Positions 34,005-44,245 of a stretch of DNA of 46,799 bases are shown piece by piece. The first letter of the stretch is position 1; each line of letters starts with the position of its first letter. Origin of the DNA: a virus (taxonomy: Duplodnaviria > Caudoviricetes). Location of the stretch: IMG/VR virus record IMGVR_UViG_3300025084_000049, positions 1 through 46,799 of that record, one strand, 5' to 3'. The notes under the pieces are model-generated. The model worked only from the letters and a program-made list of their open reading frames with translations, did not search any database and was not told the DNA's origin. The position numbers and the translations under genes are program-made.

Positions 34005-35442
34005 ACCTGCTGTAATAGTTGAAGAGTTAGCACCAGTAGAAGAACAGCACAATGTTATCTTCAAACCTAATACTGGACCACAGACTGACTTCCTAGCTGC
34101 AGGTGAACGTGAAGTACTATACGGTGGCTCTGCAGGTGGTGGTAAATCATACGCAATGTTGGCAGACCCTTTACGTTTTATGGGGCATCCAGCTTTTTCA
34201 GGTTTGCTATTGCGGCATACTACAGAAGAACTAAGGGAACTTGTATTTAAGTCTCAAGAAATGTATCCTAAGATATGGCCCGGTATTAAGTGGTCAGAAC
34301 GTAAGATGCAGTGGACTGCACCCTCTGGTGCTAGACTGTGGATGTCCTACCTAGATAGGGAAGATGACGTACTAAGATACCAAGGTCTTGCATTTAGTTG
34401 GATAGGCTTTGACGAACTTACCCAGTGGCCTACCCCCTTTGCTTGGAACTATATGAGGAGTCGCTTGAGATCGACAGCACACGATCTTCCTGTATATATG
34501 AGAGCTACTACTAACCCCGGAGGTAGAGGACATCATTGGGTTAAAAAGATGTTTATTGATCCTGCCCCACATGGTACACCGTTTGATGCAACAGACATTG
34601 AAACAACTGAAGTATTACGTTATCCTGCTGGACACGCAAAAGCTGGTAAACCTTTATTCAAACGTAGGTTTATACCTGCCCGTCTTTCCGATAATCCTTA
34701 CCTAGCAGAACAGGGTGATTATGAGGCAATGCTTCTGTCACTACCAGAGCAACAACGTAGGCAGTTACTTGAAGGTGATTGGGATATTAAAGAGGGCGCA
34801 GCCTTTACAGAGTTTGACAGAAGGATACACGTAGTTGAACCATTTAATATCCCCAGTAACTGGATTAAGTTTAGGGCATGTGACTACGGGTATGGAAGTA
34901 AATCTGGTGTGGTATGGTTTGCCATAACCCCCAATGAACAACTAGTAGTTTATAGAGAGTTATACGTAAGTAAAGTTCTTGCTACAGATTTAGCAGACAT
35001 GGTACTAGACCTAGAGGCAGAAGATGGAAACATTAAATACGGAGTTCTGGACTCTTCTCTTTGGCATAAGCGTGGTGATACTGGCCCTAGTCTCGCTGAA
35101 CAAATGATTATGAGAGGCTGTAGGTGGAGGCCATCAGATAGATCAAAAGGTTCAAGGGTATCGGGCAAGAACGAAATACACAGACGATTACAGGTAGATG
35201 AGTTTACAGAAGAACCACGGCTAGTCTTTTTTGATAACTGTGTTAATATAATATCTCAACTACCTGCACTACCTATTGACAAAAAGAATCCAGAAGACAT
35301 TGACACATTAGCAGAAGACCACTTGTACGATGCATTACGTTATGGTATAATGTCAAGACCAAGATATAGTATATTTGATTTTGACACACAGGGTAGTTAT
35401 TCAGGCGGTATGAGAGTGGCAGATGCTACATTTGGTTATTAA
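33856..35442 (+). CDS. terL: Terminase large subunit
   Basis: YGGSAGGGKS Walker A, FDELT Walker B, ATTNPGG, CDYG, DHLYDALRYG; true start may be downstream. Confidence 0.95.
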   Translation: MNEEEKTKLEAYADGQTMRKRQSPKRKKSNVQGSVQKPKTTKRKKPAQPKPAVIVEELAPVEEQHNVIFKPNTGPQTDFLAAGEREVLYGGSAGGGKSYAMLADPLRFMGHPAFSGLLLRHTTEELRELVFKSQEMYPKIWPGIKWSERKMQWTAPSGARLWMSYLDREDDVLRYQGLAFSWIGFDELTQWPTPFAWNYMRSRLRSTAHDLPVYMRATTNPGGRGHHWVKKMFIDPAPHGTPFDATDIETTEVLRYPAGHAKAGKPLFKRRFIPARLSDNPYLAEQGDYEAMLLSLPEQQRRQLLEGDWDIKEGAAFTEFDRRIHVVEPFNIPSNWIKFRACDYGYGSKSGVVWFAITPNEQLVVYRELYVSKVLATDLADMVLDLEAEDGNIKYGVLDSSLWHKRGDTGPSLAEQMIMRGCRWRPSDRSKGSRVSGKNEIHRRLQVDEFTEEPRLVFFDNCVNIISQLPALPIDKKNPEDIDTLAEDHLYDALRYGIMSRPRYSIFDFDTQGSYSGGMRVADATFGY

Positions 35443-35482
35443 CGGCACTGCCGTAATTACGCCTATGGCGAAGGAAAAATAA

Positions 35483-37621
35483 ATGGCAGAAGAAAACGAA
35501 GGTTTTATTGAGGACGATGCGATTGTCTTAGCTGATAGTGATGACTCAGGTGTAGATGATGTAGATACCTCTAACATAATTCCATTTATTATGGAAAAGT
35601 ATAATCGTGCTGATGACTACCGACAACAGGATGAAGAACGTTGGCTACGTGCATATCGCAACTATCGTGGTCTATACGGTTCTGATGTGCAGTTTACAGA
35701 AGCTGAAAAGTCAAGAGTATTTATTAAAGTAACTAAAACTAAAACACTTGCTGCGTATGGTCAGATTGTAGACGTATTATTTGCTGGACAAAAGTTTCCA
35801 CTAACAGTTGATCCTACAGAACTTCCTGACGGCGTAGTGGCAGATGTAAACTTTGACCCTAAAGAACCAGAGCAGTTAAAACAGTCTGGCTTAGACGAAG
35901 TTGTAAATCCGTATGGCTACAGAGGTGACGGTAAAGAACTACCTGCAGGTGCTACTGCTAGAACATTAGCTGATAGCCTTGGCCCACTAGGGGATAAACT
36001 AAAAGATATTGATGGTGTACGTGAGGGTGTAGGTAAAACCCCTACTGCAATTACATTTAGTCCAGCTATGGTAGCTGCTAAGATGATGCAAAAGAAAATA
36101 CATGATCAGCTAGAGGAATCTAGTGCAAGTAAACACCTACGTAGTACTGCCTTTGAAATGGCTTTATTTGGTACTGGCGTAATGAAAGGTCCATTTGCTG
36201 TAGATAAGGAATACCCTAACTGGGGAGAAGACGGTGAGTATTCACCCACTATGAAAACTATTCCTCAAGTATCCCATGTATCTGTTTGGAACTTTTACCC
36301 AGACCCAGATGCAAACAATATGGATGAAGCTCAGTTTGTTATTGAACGTCATAAGATGTCACGTACACAATTACGTGGATTAAAAAGGCGACCACACTTT
36401 AGACCTTCTGTGATTGATGAAGCAGTTCAACTAGGGGAAAACTACAGTAACGAATCTTGGGAAGCTGACTTGTCTGACTATGCACCAGAGCATGGTGTTG
36501 AACGTTATGAAGTTCTTGAGTATTGGGGTATGTGTGATACCGACATGCTTATGGAACAAGGCGTAGATATACCAAGTGAACTGCAAGATGTAGATGAGTT
36601 GCAAGCAAACATCTGGATTTGTAATGGTAAACTTCTGCGTATGGTACTTAATCCATTTAAACCTGCTCGTATTCCTTATATGGCTGCACCCTATGAACTT
36701 AACCCATACTCATTCTTTGGGGTAGGTATTGCAGAGAATATGGATGATACCCAAACTCTTATGAATGGGTTTATGCGAATGGCTGTTGACAATGCTGTAT
36801 TATCTGGTAATCTTTTAATTGAAGTAGATGAAACTAACCTAGTGCCGGGACAAGACCTATCAGTGTACCCCGGCAAAGTATTTAGGAGACAGGGTGGAGC
36901 ACCGGGCCAAGCTATCTTTGGTACTAAGTTTCCTAACGTTGCTGCAGAAAACTTACAGCTATTTGATAAGGCACGAGTACTGGCAGATGAGTCTACAGGT
37001 TTCCCTTCCTTTGCACATGGACAGACAGGTGTTTCTGGTGTAGGCCGTACTGCTTCTGGTATTAGTATGCTTATGGGTGCTGCACAGGGTGGCATCAAGA
37101 ACGTTATTAAGAATGTAGATGATTACTTACTACGCCCTCTTGGTGAGGGACTATTTAGATTTAATATGCAGTTTGACTTTGACCCCAACATCAAAGGAGA
37201 CTTAGAAGTAAAGGCACGTGGTACAGAAAGTCTTATGGCTAATGAAGTACGCAGCCAACGTTTGATGCAGTTTATGCAAATATCTTCTAATCAAGCACTT
37301 GCACCTTTTGCAAAATTCCAGTATATTATCAGAGAGATTGCAAAGTCTCTTGACCTTGACCCTGACAAAGTAACTAACAACATGGATGAGGCAGCTATTC
37401 AGGCTGAACTTATGAAGGGCTTTCAACAGCAGCAACCCCCTGAAGGACAAGCACCAGCAGGTGCAAACCCAGCAGACCCAACAGGTGCAGGTGGTGGCAC
37501 TATAGGTACAGGACAAGTTCCAGTACCACAGGAACAAGGATTTAGTGGAAATGAGCAAGGAGCAGTTGAGCAGTCTCAAGGGTCTGGTGAACAACCACCA
37601 GCAATGGGAACAGTTCAGTAA
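35483..37621 (+). CDS. Portal protein
   Basis: 712 aa right after terL; WNFYPDP, FFGVGIAE..D.Q, RTASGISML; Q/G-rich tail. Confidence 0.85.
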   Translation: MAEENEGFIEDDAIVLADSDDSGVDDVDTSNIIPFIMEKYNRADDYRQQDEERWLRAYRNYRGLYGSDVQFTEAEKSRVFIKVTKTKTLAAYGQIVDVLFAGQKFPLTVDPTELPDGVVADVNFDPKEPEQLKQSGLDEVVNPYGYRGDGKELPAGATARTLADSLGPLGDKLKDIDGVREGVGKTPTAITFSPAMVAAKMMQKKIHDQLEESSASKHLRSTAFEMALFGTGVMKGPFAVDKEYPNWGEDGEYSPTMKTIPQVSHVSVWNFYPDPDANNMDEAQFVIERHKMSRTQLRGLKRRPHFRPSVIDEAVQLGENYSNESWEADLSDYAPEHGVERYEVLEYWGMCDTDMLMEQGVDIPSELQDVDELQANIWICNGKLLRMVLNPFKPARIPYMAAPYELNPYSFFGVGIAENMDDTQTLMNGFMRMAVDNAVLSGNLLIEVDETNLVPGQDLSVYPGKVFRRQGGAPGQAIFGTKFPNVAAENLQLFDKARVLADESTGFPSFAHGQTGVSGVGRTASGISMLMGAAQGGIKNVIKNVDDYLLRPLGEGLFRFNMQFDFDPNIKGDLEVKARGTESLMANEVRSQRLMQFMQISSNQALAPFAKFQYIIREIAKSLDLDPDKVTNNMDEAAIQAELMKGFQQQQPPEGQAPAGANPADPTGAGGGTIGTGQVPVPQEQGFSGNEQGAVEQSQGSGEQPPAMGTVQ

Positions 37622-37769
37622 ATATTTAGATACAGTAATAGCACAGCAGCATCGTGCTATGGAACAATCTGATAACAGTATTGCTATGTATAGAGCACAG
37701 GGTGCAATATATCAATTACGTAGATTACAATTACTACGAGATGAGGTTTTAAAACATGGGTCTTCTTAG
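37551..37769 (+). CDS. Small conserved protein following the portal
   Basis: MYRAQGAIYQLRRLQLLRD motif; overlaps the portal 3' end. Confidence 0.7.
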   Translation: MSKEQLSSLKGLVNNHQQWEQFSKYLDTVIAQQHRAMEQSDNSIAMYRAQGAIYQLRRLQLLRDEVLKHGSS

Positions 37770-40700
37770 TTCTGGTATAAAGGCAGCACGTACAGCTACT
37801 CGTTCTGTACCTAAACGAGAAATGAATCCTTTAGTTAAACGTAAAGAAAAAGAACTTACAAAAAAAATAAATGAAGAAAACTCAACTTCTAAGGGTGCTC
37901 AAACGATAGGAAAAATGTATTCACCTATTGTGTCTACTGCAGAGCAAATGGATATTGGTTTAAAAGGAACTAAAGGAGAAAACATAGAAGGGTTTTTACG
38001 TAAACGTGCTCCTAATGTTACAGAAGCAGAAAAACAATTTTACGAACTTAACCTTGAACCACAACAAAAGTATACACGTGATGAAATACTTGACAACTTA
38101 AAAGGCACAAACAAAGAGTATACTATACGTAAAGAAAGCCGTGCAGAAGTAGGTGATGAGTTAAACTGGCAACGTGAGCAACGTCAACCTATTATTGCAA
38201 AGGTAGAAACTTACGAAGAACTTACTGTAGACGCAGACAAAGGTAGTATTCCACTAGGAGAAGAAGTAACGCATTTTAGTCCTGAAACAGTAGTACACAC
38301 ACGTTTATCTGTAATTAGACCTTTTGATGAACCTGATTATAAAGCAGTTCTTGTAGAAGAAATACAAAGTGATGTGTATAAAATTGCTGGTTTAACAGAC
38401 GAACAAATGTCTACAATATACGATAAAAGACATACACCTTTTAGTGGTGAGATAGAAGAAATAAATCGTACTCAGTCAGCCTTAAAGTGGCATAAACAGG
38501 ATATTGACCTTTATGGAGAAGAATATGGTCTATTTGTAGACAACGAAAAAGGTCTTGCTGCCGTACTTAATGCGTTTGATAAACTAGAAAAATTGGAGTC
38601 TAATACACGTGTACAAAGTGTATTAGAGAATGGTAGACGTAACATACGTGAAGAAACTAGATTAAGACTAAAAGATGCTGGAATTATTGTGAATGCTAAA
38701 GACAATAATGACTTAATAGAAAAAGCCTTTAGATATATATTAAAATTAGATGAAACAAATATTGATCCTGATGAAATGGAAATGATGGGTGGGTTAACTG
38801 ATCTCTTTGACACTGGAGCAGATGAAGTTATCCCTTCAATTATGAAAAGATTTAATAGACAACTAAAAGATAATATAGATATTAATAAAGGATACGAAGG
38901 GTATACGTCTGGTATTGATCCTAGAAAAGCTATGCCAGTAAAAACAAAAACAGATGTAGTTCGTAAAGGCATCCTAGCTAACATCGCATATGCAAAAGAA
39001 AATGGCATTAACAAAATCCTTATACCTAGCTACAAAGAAATTGCAGCACAACGAGTTTCTACATTTAGTTCTATTGCACATACCATAAAAGACCAAAAGA
39101 CTGCAGAAAAATATATAAAACTTTATAGTGCCAACTATGAAGATGCAGCAAACGAAGTAGCCCAAAAATATTTTGAAAAAGTATTTAAACCAATCTATGA
39201 AGATGCTTTGTCAAAAGTATTACGAACATTAATGAAAGAAACAAAAGGGCAAATTAAAGTAGGTAAAAAAACTATGCCGTACAGAGGTGTGTTGCAAAAT
39301 AAACAAGAAGTGAAAACCCTTACAGAAATAGACATTACTGACTTTGAGTATGACCCAAAAACAGATACTTTTAGATTTAAAGAAGGTGGTGTGGTAGGTA
39401 CAAAAACAAATAAAAAAACACAGGCAGGAAGGGATGTATATGAAACTCCTGAAGGTGAAATGGTGTCTGAAAAATCTACTACTTTTAAATACAAAGGTCA
39501 GTGGATAAATATTCCTAGTATACACGAGGGTCATAGATACGACGATGATACACTAATACTTATGTTAGAAGCAGGTCTTATTGAGCCTACTAGTGTACAT
39601 AAAAATAAAGAAGAAGCAGAGCAAGCTGCACGTAAACGCAGTGATAGTTTAAAATTTAACCAAGGTGGAACTCCAATGCTAGAACAACAAATGGAACTTT
39701 TTGAAGATGGTGGCCTTAGAGATGAGGGCGGTGAAGTAGATGAAGTATCTGGGAATGAAGTTCCTATTGGTGGGACTAAGGAGGGTGTTCGTGACGATGT
39801 ACCTGCTTTGGTTAGTAAAGGTGAGTTTGTTTTTCCTGAAGATGTAACACGGTACATTGGTCTAGATAAACTAATGCAAATGCGTCAAGAAGCTAAGATG
39901 GGTTTGAAACGTATGGATGCTATGGGTCAAATGGGTAATGGTGATGAAGCCACTATGCCTGACGATATGCCATTTGGTATGGCTGATCTTATTGTAGTTG
40001 CTGGTGATACTGGTGAAGAACTAGAGATGGCAGAGGGTGGGTTTGTAACACGTCCAACTACAGCTACACGTACCCAGCCACAGCAACAACCAACATATAC
40101 ACAACCGCCTGTAGAACGTCCACCTGAGTTTCGTAGTACACGTGCCTTAACACCTGCTATTGAACAACCTCAACGTTCTGCTATTAGCTTTAAAGACCTT
40201 ATGGATGAAGCATTCCTTGAATTTAAAGAATACCGTAATGAACAAGGTCAATCTTTATTTGTTGCATTTATTGGAGATAAACCCGTATATAATATTCCTG
40301 CTGGATACACATTATATGATCCAGAAGCTGTAGGCGAAGAACCAAATGAAACTGTAGAAGAAGTAAATGAAGCACTAAAGCAAACACCACCAGAACCAGA
40401 TAAAGTAGATTCTGGTTTTACCCCTGATCTTAGAAGTGAGTTTCAACGAGCAGGTAGCTGGGACGGTGCTTCATTAGATATGTATATTAAAGAAGCATCT
40501 AAGTTTACAAACGGTTCTACTTCTGCTGCTACAGGTTTAATGGGTGCAATTGGTGGGCCAATACTAGGTGGTGCTATGTATCTTGGTACAAAGATGCAAA
40601 AGAAGAAAATACTTGAAACTATAGATGCACGTATTGAAGAAGCTAGAGGTACACCTATTGCTGGTCAAGTAGCTGCATTACAAGAAATTAAAAAACAATT

Positions 40701-42849
40701 AGAAGAAGGTGGCGGTGGCCTACTAGATAGTGTTGTTAATGTAGTAACTAATATTTTTGCTCCAGAAGAAGTTAAAACAAAAGCAACAAATGCGGCTAAT
40801 GTTGATGCAAGTGAATCTGCTACTGTAACTACTGATGCTGTTGTAGCTGCCGTATCCCCACAAATAGTATCTACTCGACCTTCTTATGCAACTATGGATG
40901 TAGGTGAAGCTGGACGTGGTACATCTACTACTCCACCACCAGTTTCTGACCCATCTGGTCCAGCAGCCGCCGAAGCTACATTCGGTGCTCCATTAAGTGA
41001 TAAGACTCCCCCACCAGTAGATGAATTAGTTTTTACTCCTACAATACCACAACAAACACAAACCTTTGCGCCAGTAAAGGGTGATAGGGCAGGAGTAATA
41101 ACAGGCCCACCTATTTCTACAACAGATCAACCTGCATTTTTATCTGATGTACCAGTAGCAGGTGATAGGGCAAGAGTTTTATGGCAAACTACACCTTATG
41201 ATGGTGTTTCACCAAACACAAAAGGAACAGCAGGTAATAGGGCAGGAGTATTGACACCAAGTAATATACAGCCACGAGACCCTTATGCAGGTTTAGATAA
41301 ATACCCACTCCCCCCACCAGCACCTATATCTGGACCAAAACAATCTGAATTAGCTGGTGGTGTAGCAACTGTACCACAACAAACATACACATCTACTGGT
41401 GCTCAGATGCAAGCTAGTCAAAAAGCATTGCAAGATGTTGCTCCCATATTACCCGATTCTGCTCCTATGTTAGAACCGTATGAACCTGCACCTATTACAA
41501 CGGGAATAGGTTACGATACAAGTTTAGGTCAAGACACATCTTCTTATGCAGTAACACCAGAACAAGTTGCATATAGTACTAGTGTGAGTAAAGGACAAGA
41601 AGACCCATACGATCCTAGAGGTATATTGCCTGTATCTGAACAGGTAACAAGAGCACAACCTGTGACTGTACAAGCACAGGTAGAAGCACCTAGTATGGCT
41701 ATGCCTGATGCTTTTGTAAAACCGTTGCCAGTACCTAGTAGGAGAACTTCTGAAGCCGCAATTATACCCCCTATGACTGTAAAACCACCTCTTATTGGTT
41801 CAACACAACTTGATACAGATTTTTTAACTCCTACTGTAGATACTACAGGTGGTGCTCAGATAAGGACAGATAGAGGTTTTGTACCCACTAATGTAGCTGA
41901 CCCTGCCGCAACAGCAGAAACAGTTAAGCCTGTTAGTGAGGTAGCTACAGATAGAGGTTACGTACCCACTAATGTAGCTGATCCTGCTATTACTGTAGAT
42001 ACTAGTGGTGACTATGCTGATCCTCGTGGTCGTGAGCAACTACCAAGTGTAGAACAAAAATTAAGTAGTTTGCGTCCTGATGAAACATCTTTACGGCCTA
42101 AAGCTAGACCTACTGTGACAGAAAAACGTGCAGCTAAAGTTCCTGCTGTTAAAAAAGTAGAAAAACCAAAGGGTAAATACAATCCTGCAGATTCACCTTT
42201 AGCTGCTGGTTTTAAAGGTAATAAACTTTCTATTAAAGAACAAAAAGTATTTGACAACTCTATTGATCGAGGCGATGATGCACTCACAAATCACTATGCT
42301 GCGATTAATAGACTACGTAATAAACAAGATGCCTTTGCAGAGGGTGGATTTAATCGTGCTGAAGGTGCAGCTATGGGGCTGTCTAGTTATGATATGGAAC
42401 AGGCTGAAAAGTTTGGTGGTAGTATGCAAACTGCCATTGATAAAGGCACACACGTACGTCAAAAAAACCCATTTAAAGAACCACGTAAAGTTACAAAAGA
42501 TAAACCTGCTGGTTCACAAAAGAGTGATGAAAAAGAAGATAGTGGTTGTGTAATTGCTACACACGGTATTTCTACAGGCGGCTTTAGTTTAATGGATAAA
42601 GCAAAAGCAGAAATATGGTGTGAACGTACCTATCATGGTAAATGGTATGGTGAAGCATTTAGACGTGGGTATCGTTATGCAGGTACTAGAGCTATAGAAA
42701 AAGGTAAAGCAAGAGAACACTACCAAGAGTTTAAAGACTTTGTTGCATATGGTCGTGGCTTAAAGAAAGATTGGAAGTCTTCAATTAACTACTATAAACG
42801 TACTATTCAATTCTTTTTAACTGGACTTTTTGTAAAAGAGGATATATAA
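37756..42849 (+). CDS. Very large multi-domain protein (probably virion-associated)
   Basis: 1697 aa; HTR...VEEIQSD region, VRDDVPALVSKGEFVFPEDV.RYIG region, long P/T-rich linker, C-terminal GCVIATH domain. Confidence 0.7.
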   Translation: MGLLSSGIKAARTATRSVPKREMNPLVKRKEKELTKKINEENSTSKGAQTIGKMYSPIVSTAEQMDIGLKGTKGENIEGFLRKRAPNVTEAEKQFYELNLEPQQKYTRDEILDNLKGTNKEYTIRKESRAEVGDELNWQREQRQPIIAKVETYEELTVDADKGSIPLGEEVTHFSPETVVHTRLSVIRPFDEPDYKAVLVEEIQSDVYKIAGLTDEQMSTIYDKRHTPFSGEIEEINRTQSALKWHKQDIDLYGEEYGLFVDNEKGLAAVLNAFDKLEKLESNTRVQSVLENGRRNIREETRLRLKDAGIIVNAKDNNDLIEKAFRYILKLDETNIDPDEMEMMGGLTDLFDTGADEVIPSIMKRFNRQLKDNIDINKGYEGYTSGIDPRKAMPVKTKTDVVRKGILANIAYAKENGINKILIPSYKEIAAQRVSTFSSIAHTIKDQKTAEKYIKLYSANYEDAANEVAQKYFEKVFKPIYEDALSKVLRTLMKETKGQIKVGKKTMPYRGVLQNKQEVKTLTEIDITDFEYDPKTDTFRFKEGGVVGTKTNKKTQAGRDVYETPEGEMVSEKSTTFKYKGQWINIPSIHEGHRYDDDTLILMLEAGLIEPTSVHKNKEEAEQAARKRSDSLKFNQGGTPMLEQQMELFEDGGLRDEGGEVDEVSGNEVPIGGTKEGVRDDVPALVSKGEFVFPEDVTRYIGLDKLMQMRQEAKMGLKRMDAMGQMGNGDEATMPDDMPFGMADLIVVAGDTGEELEMAEGGFVTRPTTATRTQPQQQPTYTQPPVERPPEFRSTRALTPAIEQPQRSAISFKDLMDEAFLEFKEYRNEQGQSLFVAFIGDKPVYNIPAGYTLYDPEAVGEEPNETVEEVNEALKQTPPEPDKVDSGFTPDLRSEFQRAGSWDGASLDMYIKEASKFTNGSTSAATGLMGAIGGPILGGAMYLGTKMQKKKILETIDARIEEARGTPIAGQVAALQEIKKQLEEGGGGLLDSVVNVVTNIFAPEEVKTKATNAANVDASESATVTTDAVVAAVSPQIVSTRPSYATMDVGEAGRGTSTTPPPVSDPSGPAAAEATFGAPLSDKTPPPVDELVFTPTIPQQTQTFAPVKGDRAGVITGPPISTTDQPAFLSDVPVAGDRARVLWQTTPYDGVSPNTKGTAGNRAGVLTPSNIQPRDPYAGLDKYPLPPPAPISGPKQSELAGGVATVPQQTYTSTGAQMQASQKALQDVAPILPDSAPMLEPYEPAPITTGIGYDTSLGQDTSSYAVTPEQVAYSTSVSKGQEDPYDPRGILPVSEQVTRAQPVTVQAQVEAPSMAMPDAFVKPLPVPSRRTSEAAIIPPMTVKPPLIGSTQLDTDFLTPTVDTTGGAQIRTDRGFVPTNVADPAATAETVKPVSEVATDRGYVPTNVADPAITVDTSGDYADPRGREQLPSVEQKLSSLRPDETSLRPKARPTVTEKRAAKVPAVKKVEKPKGKYNPADSPLAAGFKGNKLSIKEQKVFDNSIDRGDDALTNHYAAINRLRNKQDAFAEGGFNRAEGAAMGLSSYDMEQAEKFGGSMQTAIDKGTHVRQKNPFKEPRKVTKDKPAGSQKSDEKEDSGCVIATHGISTGGFSLMDKAKAEIWCERTYHGKWYGEAFRRGYRYAGTRAIEKGKAREHYQEFKDFVAYGRGLKKDWKSSINYYKRTIQFFLTGLFVKEDI

Positions 42850-43058
42850 TGGACAGACTTGAACAATACTTTGATAGTATTATTGATAACTACAACACAC
42901 TAAATGACGAAGAAAAAGATGCTATTCGTGGTATGAAAGGTACTGCAGAAGGTAATATCTTACGTAAAGTTTTAGGACCAGAAATAGGCACATTTGACTT
43001 TAAAGAAAAAAGTAAACCTATGGCAATGCCTAAGAAACGTGGTCTAGCTACACGATAA
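42849..43058 (+). CDS. Hypothetical protein
   Basis: 69 aa, GAGG RBS, ends KKRGLATR. Confidence 0.7.
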   Translation: MDRLEQYFDSIIDNYNTLNDEEKDAIRGMKGTAEGNILRKVLGPEIGTFDFKEKSKPMAMPKKRGLATR

Positions 43059-43129
43059 ATTTGCTAGATATGCTGGCTACTCACCCCCCATCCAACATGG
43101 CTACGGTGGCCCTAGTTCAAGGAAACATA

Positions 43130-43996
43130 ATGCCCGATACTATTATGGCTGAAGAAGTGCAGCCCGAAAAGAAAACAGCTTTCGCAAATCGTAAGTATAC
43201 TAACGAAGAACGAATCAAAAAAGAAGAAGAAGAATTAGAACAACTTATTGCAGAACAAAAAGGTGAAGCTAAAGAGGAAGAGCCTCAAGAAGCTGAACCA
43301 ACTAATGCAGAAGAGAAAAGTTTTAAAAAACGTTATGGTGATCTTCGTCGCCATATGCAAGAAAAAGAAAAGTCTTGGGAAGAAAAGTTTACTAAACTTG
43401 AAGGCCAGTTACAAGACGTAACACGTAAAGAGATTAAACTACCTAAGTCTGACGAAGACATTGAGGCTTGGGCTACACAGTATCCAGATGTAGCAGCTAT
43501 TGTAGAAACCATTGCAATTAAAAAGGCACGTGAACAAGCTGCTGGATTAGAAGATCGTGTAAAAGAGATTGATGAGATGAAAGCAACTGCATCTCGTGAG
43601 AAAGCTGAAGTCGAGCTTATGAAAGCACACCCTGACTTTGGTGAAATTCGTGATAGTGATGCATTCCACGAGTGGGCAGAAGAGCAGCCTAAGTGGGTGC
43701 AAGATGCACTATACGAAAATGATAATGATTCACGTTCTGCTGCTAGGGCAATTGATTTGTACAAAGCAGATATGAACATTAAGACAAAGAAACCTGCCAG
43801 CAATAAAGATGCTGCACGTTCTGTGAATAGTCGTAATAATAGAAGTCAACCTGATACCGATAATGACACGGCGGTATTTAAAGAGAGTGATGTAAATAAA
43901 ATGTCACCTCAACAGTACGAAAAGGCTGCTGATGCAATCATGGAATCTATTCGTACAGGTAAATTTATTTACGATATGTCGGGTTCAGCCCGATAA
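43130..43996 (+). CDS. Capsid scaffolding protein
   Basis: Acidic coiled coil (FKKRYGDLRRH, HPDF) directly upstream of the MCP; start reset to the ATG after AAGGA. Confidence 0.75.
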   Translation: MPDTIMAEEVQPEKKTAFANRKYTNEERIKKEEEELEQLIAEQKGEAKEEEPQEAEPTNAEEKSFKKRYGDLRRHMQEKEKSWEEKFTKLEGQLQDVTRKEIKLPKSDEDIEAWATQYPDVAAIVETIAIKKAREQAAGLEDRVKEIDEMKATASREKAEVELMKAHPDFGEIRDSDAFHEWAEEQPKWVQDALYENDNDSRSAARAIDLYKADMNIKTKKPASNKDAARSVNSRNNRSQPDTDNDTAVFKESDVNKMSPQQYEKAADAIMESIRTGKFIYDMSGSAR

Positions 43997-44002
43997 AAGG
44001 TA

Positions 44003-44030
44003 TTGACATATAATATATTTATGATATAAC
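44003..44030 (+). promoter_or_regulatory. sigma70 promoter for the major capsid gene
   Basis: gtaTTGACA-16 nt-TATAACtatgt with extended -10 TG. Confidence 0.75.
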
Positions 44031-44245
44031 TATGTGTACAATCTAATGGTGTGACCCCTTTATGGAATACTCGCACCATTAAATACTCTTAGCAAACAAC
44101 AATAGCTTTCGGACAACCTAATGTCTTATGGCCCATTTGATGGAAGGTAGGCCAACTTTCCTAATAATGCACCCTACTAGAATTAGCCTCTGTATAAGTA
44201 ACTTGAAGGTTTGCATCTGTGTCTCAATGCTAAAGGAGAATTAAA

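Noticed and set aside
161-43803. Numerous opposite-strand and alternate-frame ORFs in the track (e.g. 4695-5078, 9885-10259, 29785-30273, 38511-39014, 43333-43803)
   Set aside because: They are shadows of well-supported genes and lack RBSs and motifs
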